Positions 50,501-60,319 of a DNA stretch of 64,000 nucleotides are shown here, one piece after another. This DNA comes from Amoebophrya sp. A120 (lineage: Eukaryota > Protista > Dinoflagellata). The notes under the pieces were generated by a model that was given only the letters and a program-made list of their open reading frames with translations, searched no databases and had not been told where the DNA came from. The number at the start of each line of letters is the position of its first letter. The first letter of the stretch is position 1. The position numbers and the translations under genes were made by a program. The DNA lies in the NCBI GenBank assembly GCA_905178155.1, contig CAJINV010000002.1, positions 6,720,771 through 6,784,770 of the forward strand, given 5' to 3'.

Positions 50501-53500
50501 CAAACTTCTCAAACAAGTACGTCTGAAGATGTTCTTGGCACGACCGGAAGTAGTACAACCAGTGCAGGGGCGGCTGGTCGTGAGGGTCGTGAACACAAGT
50601 ACAACAAATCCTACTCTCTCCATCAGGCCTACAAGAGCGAAGCAGCAGCGAAGACGGCGGAGCAGGCTGATGCTTTCCAGAAGCTGGTAAAGTTTCTCAC
50701 AGAAAGCGACTTCGCGGGACTTTTCGCTGTGGACGAAGAAGAAGAACAGCAGGCGTGCAATAAACTCCAGCTCTTTGGTATCCCACGAAAAAACTGTTTC
50801 ACTGTGATGGTTTTGCAAGATCCGCATCACAAGTTTGCTAGACATGACACAGAAAATTTGCCATGCGCGTTTTCCAAGGGAAAATACGCGTAAAAATCCA
50901 ATGCCTTGCAGGTGTAGCAAGACAACTAGTTCTGTGTTCCATTCTATGCATCACAAGTTCACAGTGAAACAGTTTTTTCTTGCGATATTTGGCGCCGGCC
51001 AGTGGCCGCGAACATTCAAGGACCCGCGCGTGGTCTCCCTGACGCAAGCCTTCGCGTTTGTCTCGGACCAGCCAGGTGCAGGTTATGCATTGCAAAAGTA
51101 TCGTACTAGTATAAATCGCATGACAAATTTTATCAGGAAGAACATTGGAATTTGTAATGCAGATTTGGGTAGGAAACCCGATTTGTCATGCATACCTGCG
51201 ATTCATACGAGTACGATACTTTTGCAGTGGATACAGGTGACCTCCAGTTGAAGGTCCAAAACGCGCTCGATCGGCTGCAATTCGAATTGATTCCGGACTT
51301 GCGCAAAGCTTGCTACAACTATACTGGTCCACCTGGTCCTGGTGCTAAAAAAGGAATTATAGAACAAGGAGGACTAGCAACAGCGGATGATGATGTCCCT
51401 GATGTTGAACAGAATCCTTGTCTGCGTTTCGAGGCGCACCGCGGGAGTGCGTTGTTGCGAGAGGATGCGCAGAAGAAACAGAAAATCCCGCACGAGCGGA
51501 TCATGCTGCAGCAGGTTTTTCGTGACAAGGAGGGCATGGCGGCGTTTCAAAACGGAGCCGCATGGACGACTTTTGTCGCCGCGCTCCAGGAATGGGGAGA
51601 GAAAGAAAAAATCCTCGATGTGTTGCCTCCAGAAGCAAGAACAAACGCCGCTGGACGAACTACAAGGGCAGCAGCTCCTCCTACGGATTCTACTTCTGTT
51701 GATGACGCTGGTGCAGCTACTACAACAGGAACATCAGCTTCTGCTTCGCTGCCAAGTTCTTGGAGTGCTTTTCTAGACTTGTCGTCGTGGGGGCGCGGCC
51801 GCACGACCGCCGGTGCACCGTTTATTCCGTCAACATCTTCTGTTTCGGCAAACGACTGGTTTTTGGAGAACGACCTTTCCCAGGACTTCGTCATCCCGAG
51901 CACAAAAACCTCAGAAGACCACGCCAGCGGAGCAGGACCACCTTCGTACCAGTTCACTGCTCAATATGCCCGGGACTCGCAGCTAAACGATTGGAAAAAA
52001 CGCGCATTCGACAGCTCCGTGGCTGCGACAACACGGGTCTTTGCGTTCACAGACGATCCGGCGAAGAGGGACTCCGTGAGGAAGATCACGGTTGAATTGG
52101 AGAGCACGCAGCTAGGCTTTTTGTTCGCTGCGTGTGGCGAGTCGTCAGCGGCCTCCGCAGCTTCATCATCAAGTGGGTGTCTGTACGTCGACGCCTTCAA
52201 GAAGAACGAAAAAGTAACTGCAGCAGGAGGGTCTACAACTACTACTTCTCTCCTCGCAGTTGTAGAGGAAGGTCAAGATGATGTTTTGACAGGCAGTGGT
52301 GCATCTTCCTCTTCGTTATCAAGAACCGCTACAACTACTACAACTGGCGCCAGCGTAACCTATGTTTTGCAGGAGGCCTTTTCCGATCAAGAAGCTTTCT
52401 TTGCTTTCCTGCAACGGACGGCGGCGTTCGAAACGTGGGTGAACTCACCCGAGGTCCAGGCGGTGATGGTGCATGATGATCTGCCCCCGGGTCGTCGTAT
52501 GTATGATAGCTTGCCAGGTGCAGCAGCCCGGGACGGAGACGACTTCGTCGGTAGACAGTTTGGCCTCCAGGACTTGCCGAGCCTGTACAGTTTGAGCAGT
52601 ACCATCCAATTCACGTACGGTGCGGGAAACAACCTGGCGGACAAGTTCCGCAGCGAACTGTTCCCGGCAGTCAAAGCAAGTTGCTTGCAAAAATTGAAAG
52701 CGTTCCGGAAGAGGGACTACATTGCCGACGACCGATTGTTCTGCGAGCGTTGGAGCTTCTTTGAAGACAGTGCCGTTCCTATTGCAGGAGGTAGTGGTGG
52801 GAGTAGCTTGCCGCAATCACAACTTTTACACGTTGACAAGGCACATGACGACAAAAATTTTCCTCCACTGGAAGGTACCAGTATCAAAGATGTGGAGCAG
52901 GGCCAACACATCGCCAACCTGACCTTGCTAGACAAAAATGTTCCCACCAAAGAGAACGCATTTTCACCACTGTTGCGAAACAAATTTTTGGAGCCCCGAA
53001 AGAGCGGCACAAGCAGGACACTTTTATCTGATAAAAACGAGCAGCTGCAGCTCAACAAGAAAGAAGCGCCAGCATCTCCTGCTGCCCCCCTCTCCACAGA
53101 AGACAAGGAGTTAAAGGGGAGCCAGAACATCGTGAAAGTGGTTCGCTTCACGACGCACGAGGTCTATTATGAGAGTGCACAACCACAACCCCGTCCCCCT
53201 CGTCCCCCTTAATTGTCATGCAATATACCTCCAAATTCACGGTCACGGTGGATTTATCCACTATTCGGCTTTACCGTGTGGCACTGCTTGCATGACAGAC
53301 TCCGAAAGCCATAACAGCGTTACTATACAATCGCTACGTAAAACTAAAAACTTTGTCATGCAAAAGCTGCATCAGCTACAGGTACAGCTTCAGCATCTGT
53401 GCCTCCGGGACTCGTGTTGCTGCGGATGCGATCCAAATGAGGGTGAGGGGGAATTTTATTGCACTCTCATATTTATCCAGACCGCCACGCGTTTCTCGAG

Positions 53501-56500
53501 TATGTGAGGACCGACGCAGCGTTTCAAAACCTGATACAAGCAGTGATGGACAACAAGGACCTGATTGATTTCACAAACGGCCGCACCAACATTTCGTTTC
53601 TTTCCAAAGACCACGACGGCACGGGCCTTATGCCCGGTGGGGACTTTGTGCGATCCCAGGCACTGTATTCGGTCTCTGCGCCGCTCTCGGACGCTCTCTT
53701 CCGCGACCAGCAGCCCGCATACGCAAACGGGTCTACTTTACCTGCGGCACAGGTGCTGAGCGATTCGCTCCCGCAGAGCGAGAGCGTGTGGCACCCCCAG
53801 TTAGGACCGCAGGAACAGACGTCGGGGGAGGTTTATGTATTGAAATTCAAAGACGACGTGCCGGAAGCGCAGATTGCGCACGCCGTAGCGTCGTTGGAAC
53901 AGGATGACGGTTTTTTTCCATCCTTGTGCGAAGCATGCCGACTGCAACCGTCTTGCTACTACTACAACGTGTTTCGCAGCACGGGTTTCGGCACCTCTAC
54001 CGATGTCGTAAGGAGCGCAGCGACTGACTACAGCAAATCCTACACGATTCAAGCCGCATTTAAAAATAGCGTGAGTGCAGTTGATCAATTCGAGCAGACT
54101 CCGGCGTTTAGTAATTTCAAGGCCTTTCTTGAACAATCGTCTGACTTGTTCCAGCAGGACGCGTCATATAAGTCCCTCCAGCAGTATCGCGAGGGACAGT
54201 GGCCCCACGTTGTGGACCCTTACGCGGGCACGGTCAGGAGTATGAATTTGCTCTTCACCTTCGCGGAACCCGACGAGACAACGGACGCGGGCTTGCAGGC
54301 GGCAAATGACATCATTGCTACCATCGACGAACTACAATACAACCTGATCCCAAACTTAAAGGACGCGTGCTACGGGCCGCAGGATGAAAGCACACTGCAG
54401 CTGTACAACAAGAAGCACCTCTACTCAGCTGGACAAGAACAGCCGTTGCTCGGTGCAACACAAGAAGCCAGGAGGAGCGCACCTCCTGCTTCTGCTGGGA
54501 GAAAATTTTCTGGGCAGCAGAAATTCTCGCCCCAGGTAGAAGACGTAGCTGGAGAAGGTCCTCTACTTCGCGGGGAGCCTGAGCGTGAGCGTGAGCAAGG
54601 AAGAAGTTACATTAACTCAAACTCAGGTCGTGGTCTTGCTCCTGTGCTCACCGCCGACCTAGATAAACCAAAAAGCGAAAACGTCGACCCGGCACAGCCG
54701 GGGTGTTTGCGCGTCGAAGTCTATGCCGACAAGAACGCGGAGGGGAGAATCAAGACGGTGCTCTTACAGGTGGTTGTGCGTAGGGAGAATTGGCCTCAAA
54801 TGGTAGACGACGACCACGGCGTGCTCAAACCGATCCTGGATAAGCTCAACGAAAGCAAGTCTGCTGGGTTATTGCAAGAACTCGACGCGGACCACGAGGT
54901 GCTCGACAATTTGGTGAATACGAGTGGTTCAATCAGGTCTGGAAACGACGCCGCGGACAACTTTGGATTTCTGGTTAGCGGAAAAATGACCGACTCGGCA
55001 GCAAGCGCCTTGGACCTTGTGGTCTGGCAAGATTCAACATCCACTACTTCGGTCGCCGCTGCGAGGACCGCGTTACTGCACGATAGCAATGTTGTTGCGG
55101 AGACGATTACTCTCGCCTTCAAGCCAGGGGTTTCTGACGGGAAGGAATTCACTGAAGTGTGGAAGGAGCTCAACACAAACTTTTTCCCCTCACTATACAA
55201 GGCTTGCTACAAGGACGTCGACGCTTCTTCTAGAAGTACTGCACCCGGTGTTGAAAGTGATTCCAACTCGGAACTAGTCTTTACCTCTCCTGGCGCTTTA
55301 AAAACGACCAGTGCGGTGAGGAGCACGACGAGACAGCAGGCGCAGGTAGAAAGGCGAACTAGGACATCAGAGATAACTACGCCGACAACAAGAACTCCTG
55401 ACTGTCTTTATGCCGACGTGTACAACTACACCCTACCTTCAGACCAGCGGGGCTATCTGCTTCATTTTGCGTTCGCGAGTCAAACCGCTCGCGACCGGTT
55501 CTTCGCGGCTGCCGGGCCCAAGAGCTTCCAAGAGTGGGTAAAGAACGACGAAACGCTACAGAAAGTTCTTAGGAAGCCTAGCCGCACACTCGCTCGCTTG
55601 TCGCAGTTCGGCCTGGAAAATCTGCCGGGGCTCTTCAGCGTGCAAATGAAAATTCACATTTTCGATAGGATCGTGTGGGCAGAGGTGCTAAGGAAAGTCC
55701 AACAGATCAAGAAGGACGTGTGTATCCTGCAGTATCACAGCCGTGACCTGTGCGAGCGGTTTAACGTATACCTTGCGAATAGTGGCGTTTATTCCGTGAA
55801 ACTCAACTATCCCCATCCCCTTCGTCATGCCACCCACACAACATTTAGGAAAGTCTGTGTTTGTCATGCAAAAAATTATAGATGGGGATGGTTAGAAATT
55901 TTCACGGAATAATGTTGTAGCGGGTGCCACAACTGACTATTTTGTGACCACGCACGAAGTCTACCCCGACGCTTACGCCTGGCGGCAGCATGTGTTGAAC
56001 TCGGCTGCATATCAGGAACTGCTCAAGTCCGTCAAAAGCGCTTACGACAACAAAAACATTGATGCAAGTGACACCGTGCTTTACGGCTTCACGAATCCCA
56101 ACATCGACGAGAAGAAGGTTCTATCAACTGTAAAAGTGTCTGGGTCTGGAAGATTGGCAGCTTTGTCATGCATACTTTGCATGACCCGTGAAGTCTGTAA
56201 TGCATGCACGAGCATCACAGATTTTTAGAGGGCTTCCTAGTAATGCCTATTCCGCATGAGAAAGCCCCTCTCCGTGTAGCCCACCCGCCAGGAGTCAAAT
56301 GGTACTACTACTACTCGTGTAGCCCAAACTGGAGTCCTCTTGCAGGTCACGCAATACAATTTTTTTTTGAATCCAGAGACAGCATCACAAGTTTAGAATC
56401 TTCCAGACCCAGACATTTTTGCATTTGATAGGTCCCCTTTCCCATGACCGGCTACCTTCTCCGCCAGGAAACCGAGTCGGACGCGAACATGCGGACGCGG

Positions 56501-58267
56501 GACGGGGCGGGTGCCGCGAAGGACCGCAGTTTGGCCCCTGCGTTGGCACTTCACGACCATCTGCCCAACCAAACGAAGTGGCCGGAGCCGCAGGGTAGAT
56601 TGAGCCCGGGGGGACAGACGTTGATACTGCAATTGAATCCGAAACTGTCCAAGAAAAAACTGTGGAAAAAGGTGAACTTCTTTTGTTGCTGTAGTATTTT
56701 TGCAGAAGATACAAAGATGCCAGTTGCAGCTACGCTAGGCATGTTGTTTGATATGCATCCGGGATACGCTCCGCTAGCTGCAAATATCGTGTTCTGATCA
56801 CGTGCTAGCCAAGCAGGACAGGACTTCTCTAATGTGCAGAAGATGCTAGTAAAAATAGTAATAGATATAAAATGCGTAGGCGAAAAAAATGTATAAGCTT
56901 AAGTAATCGAAGAGCTAAAGCGCAGAGTAACTGTAACACAGTTTTTTTCTTCGATACGAGTTGATGGAGCTCGCGGCCAGAGACCCAGATGCGGCGGCGT
57001 GGCTGCAAATGTGTACCAAAGTGAAAAGTGCCCCTACCTCCCCAGAGCAGCGACATATTTGTAAATACGAAAAACTTCTACTTCTCCGTGGGAGCATTGC
57101 GTTTTTGCCTCCTTGCGTGTGTCCTTAATAGCGTCACAAGTCTCTTTTCCCAAACACCGTGATGCTGCACATTGGCAGCCGCGGCAGCACAGCAGACGCG
57201 GTATAATTTGTCAACACGCTCCTGGACGAGCTGCAAATCTCGCTCAGAAAGATTCTGAAAAAAGAGAGCGTCGCACTTCTTTCATGCAAGACAGAGAGAC
57301 TCCAACTTCTTTGTGCTGAGGACTGTGCATCACAAGAAAAGTTTCGCCCGTCTGGTGGTGGGGGTTGGGCATGATTTCAGTTTGATATTGTGTCAAAACT
57401 ATTTGGAGACCCAGCTCCTGCCCAACATCATGGACACCGATTGCGGAATTTACGATCCGGGAAATTTCAACAAGAACGATTGCATCTACTGGAATGCGTT
57501 CAAAAGTTATCCATTGCAAAAGTAACGTAGAAGTGCAGCTCGTACCAGGTGCTACTTGATTTTTGCAGTGAGTCATGCATGACAGATCTCGTCCGGCTTT
57601 CCAGTCTATATCAGCCTTGCAAAGAGCGTCACTTTTGGTTCTGAAGAATTTGCATTTGTAAATGCAATTTCAATTATTTCTCCTACGTACTAGGATCGCA
57701 TCGGTGCGAAAACGATACAACTTCTGCAATGCATAAAGGTTGGGGGTTCACCAACAAGGTCGGGCGGGAAAGATATTATATCTTGCAGGAGGCCGACGGT
57801 GTCAAGGGTCTTTCGACGAGGAACTACGGAACCGAGTGGCAGAACTTGGTAACTTTTGTCCAGGTATCAAATGCGAATATGTCTGGGTCCGGAATAAAGT
57901 TGGAACTTGTGATGCTGCATTTGGATTCTAAGAAAAGGCGTGTTGCATGAGCAGCCCAATTTTTGCTGCGCCGAAAGGGCATTTTTCAAGCGGGATTTGC
58001 ATCAAGAAGCCCTCAAAAACTCTGTGATGCTAGCGCATACACCACAGATATCATGGCTCATGCAAAACGTGCATGACAAAGCTGCACTCAACATCCAGAC
58101 CCAGACATATTTGCAGTTGATACATGAACAAAGCGTACAATGACCAAAAAGGGCACCAAACCTTTCCTTTGCTTGAAGAGGGGAGCAATTTCTACAAATA
58201 CGTAAGCGAAGAGCTTAACTTCGAAAGCAGTCCATTTGAAGATGCTAATTCTCCATCTCGTCCTTGA
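44570..58267 (+). CDS. Giant (~3,535 aa) type II membrane protein with 16 Cys-paired ABM-like repeats; exons 44570-45804, 46051-49084, 49325-49390, 49658-50778, 50993-51083, 51239-53167, 53477-55789, 55917-56121, 56436-56678, 57401-57507, 57741-57864, 58128-58267
   Basis: Single TM segment (WCVAIWLLVIVGSSAVVAGVVVAVYYL), PIIPV stalk, then repeats such as LQFELIP.LR..C...CLRFE.F, QPGCLRVEVY, CERF..FE and TQEVYPDR; all joins are in frame and the exon total is 10,608 nt. Confidence 0.8.
45374..45488 (+). repeat. 18-bp coding tandem repeat encoding (PIIPV[I/T/E/V])n stalk
   Basis: ccgattataccggtgatc-type units, about 6 copies. Confidence 0.9.
45805..46045. mobile_element. Introner, family B
   Basis: Family B TIRs; perfect ATTCT direct repeat; joins ERIL|FHEVY. 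Confidence 0.95.
49085..49319. mobile_element. Introner, family B
   Basis: Family B TIRs; perfect CCTTC direct repeat; joins TTF|QSAI. Confidence 0.95.
49391..49652. mobile_element. Introner, family A (reverse orientation)
   Basis: Family A TIRs; flanks CCACC/CGACC; joins ALPT|CLKF. Confidence 0.95.
50779..50987. mobile_element. Introner, family G
   Basis: tatcccacgaaaaaactgtttcactgtga / tcacagtgaaacagttttttcttgcgata; perfect TTTGG direct repeat; joins QLFG|AGQWP. Confidence 0.9.
51084..51233. mobile_element. Introner, family C (150 bp)
   Basis: tatgcattgcaaaagtatcgtac...gtacgatacttttgcagtggata; perfect CAGGT direct repeat. Confidence 0.95.
53168..53471. mobile_element. Introner, family H
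   Basis: tatgagagtgca...tgcactctcata; flanks TCTAT/TTTAT; joins HEVY|PDRH. Confidence 0.9.
55790..55911. mobile_element. Introner, family I (122 bp)
   Basis: tattccgtgaaa...tttcacggaata; flanks GCGTT/ATGTT; joins NSGV|VAGA. Confidence 0.85.
56122..56430. mobile_element. Introner, family A (forward orientation, with an internal insertion/duplication)
   Basis: Family A TIRs; flanks GGTTC/GGTCC; internal repeated cgtgtagccca. Confidence 0.9.
57508..57735. mobile_element. Introner, family C-like
   Basis: tatccattgcaaaag...cttctgcaatgcata; flanks AAAGT/AAGGT; joins FKS|WGF (cf. FKSTGF in sister repeats). Confidence 0.85.
57865..58122. mobile_element. Introner, family A (reverse orientation, degenerate flanks)
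   Basis: Family A-like TIRs; flanks CCAGG/CATGA match at only 2 of 5 positions, but removing element + 5 bp restores the frame. Confidence 0.8.
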
Positions 58268-60319
58268 AAAGTTGCATGGTGTAGTCCTGCTGCACCGCCT
58301 CCGGACAATCTCGACCGGAATGGCTAAGGAAGTACAAAATAGTCCGTCTCTGCGAGTAGGACGAGGGCTGCTCCTCGCGCGTTTTATTTCCGTGCGGAGC
58401 CCTCTTATAAGCGACCGGATTCAACACAGCTCTCCCTTTTTGTTTGGATAATCGTTCGCGACGTATATTTATAGAAGTTAGTATACTTCTAGTTCTATTT
58501 GTTCATGGAGGTTCGATGTTTTTAACGCAGATGCGGCTTTGCTTTATAATTAAAAGTCGCATCATCTCAAGCGTAAGCCATTCTTTATGATTTTCCATTC
58601 CCAGCAGCGCAACCCCAAGAACAGAGAAACCACAACACTCCGTGGTTCTCTGCATCCACAAAGCGAAAGTCTATTTCCCCACCCGAGCAGTCGTGAAAAT
58701 GATGAGCATGAATCGTCACTCCGATAGTTGGTTTCCTATTTAGTGTTACATTTCTTGTCACGGAGGTTTCTCGTGTAGCATATCTTTTAAGTGTGACGCT
58801 GTATGATTATTAGAGACCGGGTCTCGCCCGTGTGACACAGAAGTAGATACAGGTTGCTGAAGGGCAATCGCTTTCTTGGTGTTAAACAACTGTAGCGTTG
58901 CTCTGAAACTCACGCGGGCTTTGTGGTTGCAAGGAGCCAGTCGCACAAGAACAAGAAAAAGCCTGAGGTTGAAATGAAATAAAGAAGTTGAAGTAAAATA
59001 AATTGAAAAAAAATGTGTGTTTCGAAGTGTCGCGCCACTTGAACGCGGCAGGCGATGAAGTAGAAGTGTTCCAATCCATCTTCAAGTGGAATAATCAGAA
59101 TCATACTACAGCAGCACAATCTAGGTCTCGAAACACACTAGAATTAGAAAGATGGATCGTAAGAGACGTAGGTACCGGGCTTCATGGAGAGCCTACTACC
59201 TACTCCAGTAAACGCAGGTGAGAAGCTATTACTGAGAATCATTGAAGAAGAAATTGATGCAGATAGGATTCTGGTTAGTCGGTGCGAACTGACGCTGAGC
59301 AAGATCATCATGAGAATATCGTAACAACAAGTACTAGAAAACAATTGTCTGTGCCTAAATAAAAATAATATGGAAGATCGCTGGAGTTTCTCTGTGTCAG
59401 AGATAAATGCCTTCCTCAAAAAGAAGTCGAAGCCATCGGTCGTGGAATAAATTGTACGTACTGTATTTCGCTATCGCTGATGAACAAAGAGGAACACAAA
59501 CAAAAACATCAAGCTATCGGTCGTGAGTGGTTGATTATGATTACGACGGATCAATGAAGCAAAAGCAATGCAAAAATGAACAAACTTTCGGTAGAAATTG
59601 CTTTGCAGCTGTGCCGTGCTGTCGCGGCACTCCTGCGCAGATCTTTGGACCACTATGTGAATGACAAAAATCGACGTCGTCGGTCCTTTGCTGGATTTTA
59701 AAACTACAGCAAATACAATCTTCACAAGCTCATTTTTTTTCGAACAAGACGGATGCACAAGCTGTGCTCCAGCATCCAAGATCATGGAACGTCGGCAATG
59801 TGCCAATAATATCGTTTCTCTCTGTACTCACCTTCTCGACAGGCTTCAACCAGAATAATATTAATACTGCCGCTTCCGTGCGTATTAATACTCAAATTAT
59901 TCCACCGCTGCTCCTACCAATTATTCTTTTCACGGTTTGCACAAAACCTGAACAATCTAACCACGACTTCTGCTTGTCATCAACTACGGTAAAAAAAAAA
60001 CAAAGAGTTGTCTACCTCGGGAAGAAGTAGAACAGTACGAGAATCGCTGAAATTCAAATTGTTGCTGGGTTTGTTTGAATACACTCAATAGCTACAACAC
60101 TTGTCGTTCTCCGACAAGTATTTACTACTGCGAGTATTCGTTTAGTTACTACGCACTGACTACAACTTCGACCCAAGGAAGAAGTTGTAACATCAACTAC
60201 AACGCCTCTGCTATACGACAGCGCTTCACTAACTACATCTTCTAAAAACAAGAAACTAAAACGTCGCATATAAATCAAAATTCAGCAGTACCAGCAGTAA
60301 GCATTAAAAAAGCAAAAAC

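Noticed and set aside
16993-58122. Recurring peptides such as IKCKNVWVWK, SNAKMSGSG and FQTQTFLHLI as a protein family
   Set aside because: They are translations of the family A terminal inverted repeat, not genes.
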